The notes under the pieces are model-generated. The model had not been told where the DNA came from, did no database searches, and worked only from the letters and a program-made list of their open reading frames with translations. This document shows, in pieces, positions 11,636-24,499 of a DNA stretch of 49,475 nt. Position numbers and translations under genes: made by a program. The number at the start of each line of letters is the position of its first letter. The first letter of the stretch is position 1. The stretch spans positions 932,001 through 981,475 of the forward strand of contig MU054187.1 of NCBI GenBank assembly GCA_013239625.1, written 5' to 3'. This DNA is from Lama guanicoe (Eukaryota).

Positions 11636-12700
11636 CATAGACCTTTCAACGTGCGTCAGAGACACAGGCTTCAGTGTCAGTTTATCTGGGTTTCAAGTGT
11701 ATTTTCTTTGCTTGACTTAATGATCATTATTCAGCGTCACCTGCCTGACAGCCTATTAGCTATGGTGACGGTGCGTCCCTTCTTCTTTTTCCTTTTTATT
11801 GTGTCCACAAGATACTCAAACTCCATCCATAAAAAGTCCTCTCTTGATTGATTGCAGATTTTTATCTGCGTTAAAAATGAAAGTCAAAGAGATCCCCAAT
11901 CTCTCCTCCACTGGTTAGGAAAATTAACGACTCTTTCTTTTATAACTGAAGTACCCAACACTCATATTTAACCAAACTTGGTGTGATTTATAGTGTATTT
12001 CATATGACAAAGTGCACCACAGCTATTTTTATAGCCACAATACAAAAGAGTTATTAAGAAAAGGACACTATCAAAGACTCAAGAACAATGGCCAATATTT
12101 ATTGTTTTTAACTCAAGCAAGAAAATATAGACTGACTTCAGGACAGAAAGCTGTGTAAAAGAAAACAGGAAAACTTCTACAGAACCGTCGAATACTCTGT
12201 GAACTAAAATGATGCTGGTGGAATAAGTCTTCATGAGGCAACGATCCAAATTTTTCAGGGAAATGTTCGTAAATATGTATAAATGAAAGGTTATAAACAG
12301 TTATGTAATGATCATAAATGTATATATTTACATCTAAATAAAGGTTCATAAGCATTTATAGAAACGTGACAGACAGACAGACTACGCCTGTATACACACG
12401 TACACACGTCGTGTCCCAGCCTTCAGGAGGCACAGGCTTTACCCAGTTGCTCTTGCTCTAAGGAGAACCTCTCTTCTGAGGACTTCGTTTCCTTAGGGAA
12501 CAGACGTAAGCTCAGACGGCAGGGAAATGGAAACTGCTTTTTTCTGTGGTTTGGCTGATACTTGGAGTCAGTTAAAATGCCTGAGGGGAAGAAGGAATTT
12601 CTGGCTGACTTGCTGAAATCCATGCTGAAGTTTGCTTAAAACTCAAGAGGCCTGGTGACCTGCCCAAGACCCTGGTGAATTTTGGTTACAGTCTCGTCAT

Positions 12701-12990
12701 TTATATATATGCATATAAATACAACACATACATATGCATATAAACACACATACATAAATACATACACATACATACTACATATATATGCATATAAACACAT
12801 ACACATACATAAACATGCATAGAAATACATACACACACACATATATATGCATATAAATACATACACATACATAAACATGCATAGAAATACATACACACAT
12901 ACATACATATGCATAGAAATACATACACATACATATATATATGCATATAAATACATACACATACACACATACATACATACATATATATAT
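12701..12990. repeat. AT/CA-rich ~31-bp minisatellite with ATGCATA(T/G)AAA core
   Basis: ATGCAT occurs at 12709, 12734, 12785, 12815, 12847, 12877, 12909 and 12941, separated by (CATA/CA)n linkers. Confidence 0.9.
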
Positions 12991-14543
12991 TCTCTTTTGA
13001 ATTGAGGTTCTAGGGTTAGTATTTGATGACCTAAGGAAGAAACACTATACTAGAATCAGAATCCAAACTTTTTTATGCTAGAGATGTAGACAAAAAGATA
13101 ACATTTAAGTCAATATTCTATAATACAAAGGCCTTTAAAACCAACTTTGCAAATCCAGAGCCAAGGGGTAGGAGAAAATCAGGCTGAAATGCGCAGTGAT
13201 TTTAGTACAGAAAGAGCTCGAGGTGAGCAGCAGTGTGGCTTCGCTGCCCCAAACTACTGTGACTACAAGGTATATTAGTAGGTGTGTAGATGATTCCTCT
13301 TATTTGCAGAATATAAAGCAACTGTGAAAACTGAAACCTTGTCCTCGGGGGAAATACAGGGTCAAGCGTTTCCTCAACCAGTCGGTGCATAGCTTGTCTC
13401 TGTGTGCTTCCCTTTGCAGGTACCTATGCAGCGTACGTATCGTTGATTCACTGGCCTTGACCTCACGGTCCCCCAGCACCATAACTGGCCTGAACAAAGC
13501 TTATCTGACCCCCTATTTTCTCCGTAAGGAGCAGAGCAGCCTTCTCGTGCTGGGGACCAGGATGCCAGACTTCCGCACTATGATTAAGGGCAATTTTAAG
13601 CAGCAAAACCGCTAACGAGAAGCACAAAAGGGGGAAACGTGGCACTAACTGGACCTTGGAAAGGACACTGTTTACGGCGTGAGCTGAAATGAGAACGCAG
13701 ATCTTAGCCTCGCTCGACCTCAGCTGGGAACAGGCACTTCAGGCAACTCAAGCCTTCCGCCCCCGTGTGTGCCCAGCAGTGGCGCTGCAAGTGCCACGAG
13801 CGCTCGTTTGGGGTTGCAAAGACAATGTGGCTGTGAGGAGAAGTCACAAGTACGGAGCCTGGGAAGAGTGAGGAAGAATGTACCTGTGATAGGTCTCCTC
13901 TTCTCCTGGTTCCGAGTTAAGAAGGATGTGAAGTGTGATGGGAGGAGAATGGAGCCGATGGTCCAGGTGCTGTAAAGCATCCCAAACGCAGAGACCCGAA
14001 GGAATGAAGGATGTTTAATCTGGAGAGAAGATGTGATAGGAGTAAAAAGAGAGTGAAACACAGATCTGTCTTCAAATGTTAGCATCACTCCGAGTGCTCC
14101 CCAGCTGCCTCACCTGTGGTCTCCTGGCAACTGTCCCACCAGGTGCCACCGCGAGTGTGCAGTCAGGCTGCCTTTCTTCCCCCCCGCCCCTCCCTCTGCC
14201 CACAGACAGCAGGACCCTGACCCACCAGGCCGCCAGCACACCGCCTTCCTCTCTAACACTTCGTTACAAAGCTCATGGCATTATTCCTGACTGCAGAATC
14301 ATCTTTCTGCTTTTAGATGACACTTTTTTGCAATAATCACTTGTATTCCACTTAATAAGCTCCTTCTGAATACATTAAAAAACACACATTATGAAGTTAT
14401 ACTGATAAATTTATAATTTTAACTTATATTTTTACAATTATGACAGCAAATGAATTCATTATAAGAAAACTGGGAAAGAGAAAAGTGTAAAAAACAAAAT
14501 AGTTCCCCTTGATCTCACCACATAGAAATAGAAATGGTTTAAA

Positions 14544-14754
14544 TTTTTAAAGTTGTAGTAAAATACGTATAACATAAAATTCACCATCTTTACCATTTTT
14601 CTGTACAGTGGTGTGAGGTACAGGCACTTTGTTGTGCAACTGTCACCACTATCCATCCCCACAACTCTTTTCATCTTGCAAAACTAAAACTCTGGACCCA
14701 TTAAACAATAATTTCCCATCTCTCCCTCCCCCAGCCCTGGCAGCCCCCATTCTG
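14544..14754 (-). mobile_element. L1MB-like LINE 3' end
   Basis: gtagtaaaatacgtataacataaaattcaccatctttaccatttt...ttgtgcaactgtcaccactatccat...cccattaaacaataa...ccccagccctggcagcccccattctg is the antisense L1MB 3' UTR. Confidence 0.85.
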
Positions 14755-16699
14755 CAGAGCAGCACATTTTAACTCATCGCTTTTCGCCCTGATATGTTGT
14801 GATGCACCCTCCTTCTGTACTGTTGTTAGAATACTCCCCAAATGACTTGGTTTTCTATTCCGTTTCTTTTTTTATAACCACATTCGGCTTTAGCAGAATA
14901 GAATACTAAAGCCAAGCTGAGGGTAGGCTTCAGGAGATAACAGATGCATTTCCAGTGGAAAAGCCTTAACTTCTTAATCTTTAACATTCAGAACCTGGAC
15001 TCCATCAGAGTCTCCAAACTATTCTGACCATATACTCTTTTAATTAAAAAAAAAAGTTTCCCAAAATACGTATATTTATTTATGAATTATATATGTCTAC
15101 ACAATTGTACTAAAATGCTATACATGTTATAGCAATAAATGCATAACATTATACACGTCTTGATGAGAGTAATGTGTTCTGTTGTTTGATGTAGTATGTT
15201 TGACTACCTTTTAAAATCCTACTCTAAACTTTGTGATATAGTCGCTTCTTTAAAAGCTATTTTATTATTGAACATGTCATGGACAGTTGTCATATGATCA
15301 ATACATCACATTGATATGACCTTTTGAAGGTCTGGTAATAAGCATAATATATTTTAGCACTTGGCACTGATGGCTCTTAGTGATGGGAAAAGATCTTCAC
15401 TTTACAGAAGGATCCAAACGGGAGGAACGTGTCGTTGGCTGCGACCACTGTACCCGGATGCCCGTGGTTAAGTCCCACCTGTCAGTTACGCAAAAGCCTC
15501 TCTTGACGTTCAGCCTGTGGATTGTCTGGTTCCTGATGTCAGTTGTTTGCCTTTGAAAACCGATATGAGAATGTTACATATTTACAGGTTTAGCAAGTGT
15601 GTTCAAACTATCTGAAACTCATTTAGAAGACTTTAAATAGACTTCAGTAGATGAAGAAGTTCCACTTAACCAGTTTTATAAATTTGAAGAAGTGAAAGGT
15701 TTGTGTCTGTGCAGGGAACACATCGTTTACAGAGCCACAGATCACATAGTGACGGGAATGTTTCTGAGCCTCTATAATTAAAACGTTTCCCCGTATCATG
15801 ACGTTCTCTCAAAAGCAGCAATTTTCTCAGTGCTAAAATGTCACCCTTACCCTGAAGGGGCTGATTTAAAGTCATTGTTTTTCAGTGATTGCTTACATGG
15901 CCTCCTTTTAAGTTCCATTTGTTATCACAGAAAAGATCAGCAGATTAAGTCACTAGTTTTCTTTTCATGTAAAATAACACCAAACTGCTTGTGTTTAGCA
16001 ATGTGTTTGAGAAAAAGCCAGTGAAGAGCTGCGTAGTCCGATGCTCTCCGCAGGGCCAGGGTCTCACTCTCCTCCCACAGGCCACTCTCCTAGGCTAACC
16101 CCTGGTGGACGCAGTTCAAATGTCAGCAAGAGGCTTCCGATACTAAAGCATGGACAATTCCTATTTAAAAACACAGAAATCTCACAGTCAACATTCTCAT
16201 TTCAGACAACAGAAAGATACGTTTAATTTACATCTGTTCAGACGTGGGAAAATGGAGCTTCGTGGTTCCGAGCGCTCTCTGGGGTGATGTGACTTTGGTT
16301 CTGATTCTGTGGGGAGTCTCTGCCTTCACTGCCTTGCAACCACTTCGCGACTCCTCCATGAAAGAGACGCCCCTGCGGTGCGGCTCCTTGACGAGCAGGT
16401 GGCTTCCGCCTGGGTGAGCTCCGTGGACTGCCCCCCAGCCCCAGCCCTGGACGTGCCAGCTCTATTTCCATTTGCAAATTCATTTCAGTGTTTTGATCTA
16501 TAAATATGTCTCTTCTTTGGTTTCTCCTTTGAACTAGTTGTCACATCCTATTGGTTTTCTTGTTAATAACTAGTTAAATGAAATATTAAACGTATTAGTT
16601 TTACATCTATATGAGGGTTATCATTTTATCCTTTAAAAATGACCCTTTAACAATAAAATGATACAGTAATCCTCTCTTAAGACACTTTTATAATGATAC

Positions 16700-16845
16700 A
16701 ATTAGAAGAAATTTGAGAGATTTATTTAATCTTCTTTCAGATTAATAAACTTAGACATATTGAAATTGGTTTGTTCACCTTCCCCTAGTTAGTTAATACC
16801 ATAGCTGCAGCCAAATACAGATTTTTTGACTGGAGTCTCAAATGT
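16700..16845 (-). mobile_element. Highly decayed MIR remnant
   Basis: Weak similarity to the MIR core (ttcagattaataaacttagac...ttgttcacc...tagttagttaata...tttttgact). Confidence 0.3.
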
Positions 16846-19800
16846 AGTGGTTTTTTTTCCTCCTAATTGTAACAAAATGTTTTATTATGAAGTAATTTCT
16901 TCAATGAGTACGTCTCAAGTTAAAAAATAATGATAAATTGCTAATTCATTAAACAAAGACATTAATAGAAAGCTGAAAGAAATCTATTTTTCACTCACTT
17001 ATGTTTAATTAATTTTCAACGAGCATTCCTTAGGAAGGAGCAAGAATTGCAGAATTGTTCACATCACTGATGGCAGCTACATAAAGACTATGGTTACACA
17101 TAAGATGTGCTTTGTAAATTCTATGCAAAAACTTAATTGTCAGATGAGGAAACAAACCATCGAAAGAGACAATATTTTAGTGTCACTGAAGCCTCTACTT
17201 AAAATATCTGTAGGTCGTGTTGATGGAAACTTTGTGCACAGGAGGGATCAGTGTGCTACTAACTGCATAATCCTTCATTAGTTACGTAGGAAAAATCTTA
17301 TTTTTTAATGGGAAACTATAAGCTGTTTATTGTAAGCCCTTCAGAGGAGCCAGATTCCAGCCCCGTGTGTAGTTTTTGAGCGATTTTACAGCCCTCTGCA
17401 AGTTGCAGGTAGCTGACAGGTGCACAGATTCTGTCCTGTCTAGCCGTGGTGTTAACTGACTGTGTTGGGGAGAAGACATTTTTCACTACCCTTCTAGGCT
17501 CTTCTGGCTGGTCCACAGATTGGAGAAAATCAAACAAGAGTTATAATAACATGTACGCGTGGCAGAGACCCAGGACAGATGAGCAGTTCTCCCGAAGGGC
17601 TGAAGCCTTCACCTGGAATGCCGTCTTCAGCCGAAGACAAAGGGGGTGTTGGACGTAGTGGTTTGGGACCTCCGAGCGGGTGAGGGCAATTGACATGGAT
17701 ATGGAAAAACAAATGTTTGGTGAGCAAGTGTTTCCTGGGCCCCGCAGAGGCAGTGGGACCCAGGGAGGAGCTTTAACAGAGTTGGCTGGGTTCCTCCCGG
17801 TCTCCACACCGGGTTCTTGCCTGGTTACCTGCCGTGACGGCTCCTTCCTGGGGCAGGTCCTCCAGCCACGGGCTCTACAGGCAGCTGGAGGGAAGGCCAA
17901 AGGTTCTTCATGTGTCTTTCGGGGTCTTCAAAATAATCAGCCTAAATGCATCCTCACGCCAGAGAGACACATTTGGGGACAGCAAATTTTGCTCCCCTAC
18001 AACTTCCTCTACGTGAGGAAAACCCACTTTGTCCATTTTACAGTTGGTCTCAGCAGTCTTTCACTCTATGCATGTCTGTGTGCTTTTTACTTTTCCTTCA
18101 AGTAGGTTACAACACCTGCCTGTTTCCCTCAGGACTTATGAATATATAAACTCTCCAATATAGACTCACTTTTGTGTCTCTCTGAGAGGCATGATTTCAC
18201 TTTTTCCTGTACATTTGCTTTCACAGTTACTTACTCTAAATCTCTGTAAGGGTTTTGCAACTGTTGAGATGGGTAATACATTAACTGTCCCTGGCATATA
18301 ATGTGTCGTGTGCGTCTGGCCTGTGTAATAGAATATTCAGCGTCTTCCTCACAACAAACTGGAGCTGTCTAATATTTACCTGCGAATAGTCATCAGCAGA
18401 AATGCTTTTCACGAGCAAGCACTACGTAATATGAGATTTAATCTAAGTGAGTCACATGTCCCCTCAACAGATCAATTTATCAAATGGACTTTATTTATTG
18501 TCCCTTTCCGCTAGCTTTGAGCTATGTGTTGTCAATTTTAGCAGGAAGCTCTCTCTTTGATTATGGGAGCAGACAGTAAAACATAATGCCAGTAAAGTCC
18601 ACATTCTTTTAGAAGACGCAAATGCTAGGAAAAAGGCTTTGCGTGGCTTGCCTGAAGTTCGCAGACTCTGGACATCTGGGCATCACAGGCCAGCAGCTCC
18701 AGGCGTCCCGCCAGTTGCAAAGCGTTGAGTACTTCCAAGTAGTGACGGTTGTTTCCAAAGCCCCTCAGTCTGTTTTCTTTCGTCAGTCCTTTGGCTGAAT
18801 CAGTTGGTGAAACAATAATGAACATTCACAACGACAGCAAGAACACAAAAGCAGTCATTCTCAATGCCCTTCCATGACCTTGAAACATTCCTTGAGTTCT
18901 TCTCCACTCCAGAAAGTTCTTGTTAGCTTCACCTTCATCCCCAAATGCTGCGCACCCAGGCCCACTCTGTGTCGTGAGTCCTTTCCTTGACGCTTAAGAA
19001 ACTCTCTGTCCTCTTGAGCCCAGCTGGTGCTTCTGCGCTCTGCTCAGGCTCAGCAGTTTAACAGAAAAATATTATTCATAATGAAAATCCGTGTAAGAAA
19101 AAATCATTGTCAATTCAGAACATCTGAGAAGTTCTCCAGACAGTCTTCTCAGTCTCAAGTAAATAAAAAGAGAAATAAAATTAAATTTCTACCAACATTA
19201 AATATACACAAAGACCAAGAGTTGCGATAAGTAATGAAAAGGAAGGCTAAGAAAGTGATTCAAAGAGTGGCTGTTAGAACAGGGGAGGCTGGGTGACTCG
19301 AGCAGGAAGCTGCCAGGAACACACCTGGGGTCCCTGTACAACTGGGAGACACTGTGGGGAGTGGGCGTTGCTCAGTATTGGGAAAGTCATCGCAAGGTCA
19401 AGGGCACAGAGTAGGGGGTGGTGGGCATCGAGGTTTAAACTGACACAAATGCTCCCAATGTCATGTGCTCAGGATGCAGAGAGGTCTAAAAAAGGCAGTC
19501 AGTGTTTTGGATTCTCAAAGTTTCTGGAGAATGAAGTTTAAGGCCCGGACAGGTAATCAACTGGAAGAGTCGACAAGGGGTGGGTTCCAGAAGCCCCCCA
19601 CCCCCCTTCAAAGAGAGGGGACGAGTGGCAGCCGGAGCGCGTCTGTGGGAGGTGGGGCTGGCAGGGCTTTTCCTCCCCCGGCACTGGAAGGACGTTAAGT
19701 CAGGGCAGGAAGACGAGGGAGAGGCTGGTGCAAGCCGTCTGGCCGGAGACCCATCCGCAGAGCTGAAACCTCGGAGGGTACAGCGAGGGTAAGTTTCAGA

Positions 19801-19860
19801 ATTTAGGGGTTAGACCGAGCAGCAAAGACTTGAGATTGTTTCGTTCAGATATTGTTGATG

Positions 19861-19862
<2 letters not shown>

Positions 19863-19896
<34 letters not shown>
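19863..19896. repeat. (GT)17 microsatellite
   Basis: Perfect dinucleotide run. Confidence 0.97.
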
Positions 19897-19900
<4 letters not shown>

Positions 19901-20040
19901 AGTCCCCAACTTTCCCAAGAATGAAGGTAAGGACAGAGGACGTTTGAGGTGTCTATGGGATGGGCATCCGAGTGGAAATGTGCAAAAGCCCTTGGATATA
20001 AGTTCTAAAGCCATGCCTGGGGGTCACTGCCGTGTGGTCA

Positions 20041-20193
20041 TTTATTTTTATTTCTTTAAAGTATTTCATTTTATTTTTTGTATTTTGGGGGAGGTAATTA
20101 GGTTTATTTCTTTACTAATTTATTTTTATACAGGTACTGGGGATTGAACCCAGAACCCATGCTAAGCACGTGCTCCACCACCGAGCTACACTC
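20041..20193 (-). mobile_element. Camelid tRNA-derived SINE (Vic-1-like), small internal deletion
   Basis: ggtactggggattgaacccagaacccatgctaagcacgtgctccaccaccgagctacactc plus a ggggggaggtaattagg-type linker and T-rich tail. It belongs to the same family as 7722-7858. Confidence 0.9.
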
Positions 20194-21374
20194 TTTAATA
20201 AATGTTGTCATTTATTAAACCCAAAGGTTCTAGGAGATTATTCACAAAGGGCCGAGTCTGTAACTCTGAAGAGGAAACACAGGTTCCAAAATCTAATGCC
20301 TGAGAGTCAGACTTTCCCTGCAGATGAAATGTCATTCAACCAAAGCATTTCAGAGTCAACTTCGACAGTTTTGTAGCGCTAGCTACAAGTGAGAAACTTT
20401 GCCATTGTTGTTACAGAAACTTTGAGATTAGATTCTTCACCTTTCACTACAAGGGCAAGAATCAAGTCTGCACTCAGCACACTTGCCAATTACAGTGAGT
20501 GTTAAACACTTAGAGAATTTAGCTCTTGAAGCTCCTTGAAAAGGGAGAGACAGATGAACACCTTGCCCGTTGGGGGCTGTTAAACTTTTTCAAGTGCTTC
20601 AAGTAGCCCCCTGTGGAGGCACTTACTGGAATACCATAAGAATGTTCTACGTGAAAGACTGTAATTTTCTTGGTGGATGGAAAATAATGGTGTGTGCGAC
20701 AAATATTTCCCTGCCTTGGTACACAGAATGGTTTTATTTCACTTCTGACAGTAACCTAAATCATAATACCAAGTTGATAGAGTATTAATTGGGTTTTTAA
20801 GACGTTTTATGTTGAGATGAATGTCAGTAATTTATACTTTTTCCTGCACTGAATCTGCATTAAGGAAAGACATTTTCACAGCAAGCACCTGCATTTAATG
20901 GTGTGGGTGATTGTGGTAAATTATTTGTGAAATTGCTTTGTCTTCTTCCCTCATGGAATGTTTCTGTAATTAATTCCCTGATCTGTTGAAGCCTCGGGTG
21001 ATGGTTTCCATCATGTGCTGGTTATTAAATTGCCGCACAACTTCGAGGAATGGCAACTTACTTCCGTTTCAGGGCTTTGCACGACCATTCGGGACTTGGT
21101 TCTATTTTGTAAACCTCTGCTGGGCATCTAGAGTCTTCCCAGGGACGTGTCTCTGCTGTGGTTCCCACTGCAGAGGTGAGAGGACTGAGGTGCACCACGA
21201 CTTCCCTTCACACACTTCGGACTCTCCCCACGCACGGGGTCCATTTAAATCTGCTCTCCTGGGCTCCTGAGGCCCTCTTGCATCCACTGTGTGTCCACTG
21301 TGTGTCCACTGTGCCCTCTTACACGAAACCAAAGAGCCCAGCATCACGTCCCCTCTACAAGAAGGACATTCGGA

Positions 21375-21765
21375 GTCACGCATCGTGAGCACGAGGGCGG
21401 CCCGGGCAGCTCAGGCCGCGGTGCCCCCAGGGCCACCGACCTAGCGACGACACGCAGGCCGACGAGCCTTCGCGAGACGGAAACAAGCAGGGGAGTCGCG
21501 GGGCTCCGGGGGAGGGCGCGCGGCACGGACACGTGCGGTGCCGTGTGTGGCGGGCGCGACCCTCCCGCGCGGGCGCGGCTCGCAGCCTCTCCCCGGGCGG
21601 GGACCGCCCCGCCCGCCTGAGCGCCCGGGCGCCCGGGGCCCCGGGGAGCGAACTGAGAGGCCCGCAGGCGGGCACGAGCCAGAGCGGCGGCCGGGAGCTC
21701 CGAGCAACGAGGACGGAAGCCAGAAGGCTACCCTCGCTCCTTCGTCCTGAGTCGCTGAGGCGTGA
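21375..21765. promoter_or_regulatory. CpG island, promoter-like
   Basis: Very CpG-dense, with GC boxes (gggcgggg, ccgccccgccc), TCGCGAGA at 21470-21477, E-box cacgtg, and a + strand donor-like TCG|GTAACA at 21778. Confidence 0.6.
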
Positions 21766-22326
21766 TTTGCTTGTTCGGTAACAGAAGCAACGTGTGTAAC
21801 GGCTAGTTAGCTAATGGGCCTTTGGATCACGGATTCTGTTCATTTATGTGGAACGTCTGAGCTTTCTGGGGCGGCAGTGAGTGCCTTGGCAGCTCCTGCT
21901 TCCGAAAGCATGCACAGCCACTTGCCGTCAGCGTCTGTCCTCGACGCCGTCATGATCCCGTCCGGGCAGTTCACCGTGCAGAGAGACCCACATTCGCCAC
22001 GTTTCTCGCGGCCTCCCCCGCTGATGGGCGTAACTGTATCCATATTCCCAAGTACTTGAATTCTACTGGCTTTTGCCCCAACAGGCACCCAAGACACCCC
22101 AAGGGTTCCCTAGCTTTCCAGCAACACCAGCAGGTGGAGACCAAACTTCTCCAGGAGGACCTGAGCCCGTGGACGCGGGCTCCCCGAGGTCTGTGGTCTG
22201 GAGCTGCCCTTCCCCCGGATGCCATGGACCCTGGGCACCTCTGACCGCGTCTGCGTCCAAGCCCTGTGACCTCTGCCCTTCCCACGGGCATCCTGCCTGC
22301 GTGGCGAGGCTGCCTGCACCCCCATC

Positions 22327-22439
22327 TTTTGTTGTCATTTTTTTGTTTGTTTCTTTGTTTTTTGGGGGGAGGTAATTAGGTTATTTATTTTTATTTATTT
22401 AGGTACTGGGGAATTGAGCCAGGACCTCGAGCATGCTAA
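22327..22439 (-). mobile_element. Camelid SINE, head-truncated
   Basis: ggggggaggtaattagg...aggtactggggaattgagccaggacctcgagcatgctaa. The A-box half is missing. Confidence 0.8.
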
Positions 22440-23242
22440 TGGCCGTCAGGGTCATCGCGTGAGTTGACCTGAGAGCCCCTTAGCTCTCAACACAGTCAGT
22501 GCCCCCATCTTACGAGATTGTCTCTCTGTTGCTTTACAGAAGAGAGAAAGGGGCTCAGTGACTTGTCCAACGTGGAGATAAGCCAAGACCAGACCAGAAG
22601 AGCGAAGGCCACTGTGCAGGGTGTGCTGGAGCCGGGCCGTCAGCCACGCCCCGGACCGGGGCTGTGGGCGTAGGGGGAAGACGTCCTGTGTGACTGGGGC
22701 GGCGTGCTTGGCTGTCTCTGGTTGACTCTCAGCTGGAAGACGGGGCAGAAACAGAGAAGCCGGCAGTTATTAATCAGATCCCGTCTGTTCTGGGCTTCCT
22801 GCTGGAGAGGCCGCAGCCGCTCCCCGGGCTGGCTGCAGCGGAGGCCGTGGGGCGGGCTCTCCTGTGACATGCCGTTTTTACATTCAGGCCCTCGGTGTGT
22901 GTTTCACTTGGTTTTGTTGACCAGTGCAAGTCACTTGTCTCTGAATCAGTTTAGGATGGAGGAGAACATTTGTATTGACTCATGACAACCATAGTCACTG
23001 ATTAAGATTCAAGAACAGCTTTTAGACGCATAATCTGTCTCTACATAAATTACATAACAGGAGGCAGCTCCAGCAGCCGCTGGCGGATAAACTCACGTTG
23101 ATCTATTTCTTGGCACGAGCAGATATTTTTATCTGTCATCTCCATTTTTTGGGACAGGCACAGAGAAATTTCCATTTAGTATTTCACAGGAAGTATGAAA
23201 GCTTCTTCACAAGCAAAAGTCTGCAAATCTCCTCTGTGTTAA

Positions 23243-23336
23243 ATATATATATGTGTATGTATGTATACACACAAGCACACACACACACATGTACACACAT
23301 ACACGTGTCTACATGTGTACACACACCCCTACACAT
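23243..23336. repeat. Imperfect (TA)/(CA) microsatellite
   Basis: Visible alternating purine-pyrimidine tract. Confidence 0.8.
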
Positions 23337-24120
23337 AAGATCCGGAACGACCACACAGGTGCACGTAATCACTCATCCATCACTCTGCCTCTCGAGTTCA
23401 TACCGTTAGATGGACTATCCAAAATTCAGTACCTGAGCACAAAATAGTCTGGAGTAAACAGGTATTTTAGTATAATGTAAAAATTTCCTTTCATGGCACA
23501 AATGTATTGTTTTTGGTGAAAAATTCAAATATGTGTTCTAATGCTTTGCCTTTCTCTTATGAAGTCAGTAACAGACACAGAATTTTTGTATTTATAATTT
23601 ATGGCTTATGGAATCTGATACAAATCACAGATCAGAAAATGAACAACAAAGCTTTTCATAAGTAAGTAAATGGTTCATTGGCAAATGATTTCTATGTTAA
23701 AAGGAATCTTAATTTTAAGAAAGTTCCAAAATATGGAATAATGACATAAAAACGTTGAGCAGAGTGTAAGTTTTGCAGGTTACAGATAAAATGTCTGTAA
23801 TGCTGTTTCTGCACTCATCACCCCCGGGGAGGCCCCACTCATCTCTGCAGGCCCGCTTTCCTACCCCCGGCCTCCTGCCTCTCCTCAGCCCTGCCCCCAA
23901 CACCTCTGTGCCGCTGGCTTTCCCCTGGCTCTGAGCAGCTGTCCCCCCGGCCCCACACCCTGTCTCCTATGGTGCCTCAGATCTCACCTCCCCAGGCACC
24001 GCACACCCAGCCTCCCCAGGCACCACACTTGGCATCTCTGACCCTTCTCCCCTGAGTCATTATCTCCTTGGAGAACTTCTGCTTCCACGCCTTTGACTGT
24101 AATCTCTGCAGCCACCGGCC

Positions 24121-24499
24121 CTGCCTTGGTCAGTTTGAGATGCTGTAACAAGTTAACTCAGGCCGGGTGGCTTAAACAAGAACCTCATTTCTCACGGTTC
24201 TGGGAGCTGGGAAGTTAGCGACCCAGGTGCCAGCGCAGTCAGGTTCTGGGTGAAGCCCTCTTCCCGGTTTACAGATGACCGCCCGTCATGTCCTCACGTG
24301 GGACGAGCAGACGGAGGGAGGCAAGCTCCGCTGTCTGCTCTTGGCCACTCCTCTGGTAAGGGCGCCGGTCCTGTTCACGGGGCTCCTCTCTCAAGACCCA
24401 GCCGCCTCCCAGAAGCCCCGGCTCCTGAGACCATCGCATCGGCAGCGAGGATTTCAGCATCCGGGTCTGGGGGAGACACAGACGTTCGGTCCACAGCAG
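24121..24499 (-). mobile_element. MLT1A-like MaLR solo LTR
   Basis: gctgtaacaag...gggtggcttaaacaag...atttctcacggttctgggagctgggaag...tgtcctcacgtgg...gatttcagcat...gggggagacacagacgttcggtccacagca is the reverse of the MLT1A consensus. Confidence 0.85.

Noticed and set aside
12636..12982. Met/Cys/Tyr/Val-rich ORFs
   Set aside because: These are translations of the TA/CA minisatellite.
18652..18794. Minus-strand exon-like segment (AKGLTKENRLRGFGNNRHYLEVLNALQLAGRLELLAC...) with a CAG|GCAAGC donor
   Set aside because: The donor is a non-canonical GC type, the acceptor is modest, and I found no recognisable homologue or partner exons.
20033..20216. Possible TSD (tgtggtcatttatt / tgttgtcatttatt) around the SINE
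   Set aside because: The right-hand copy is offset about 9 nt from the SINE head and overlaps low-complexity sequence, so it is not secure.
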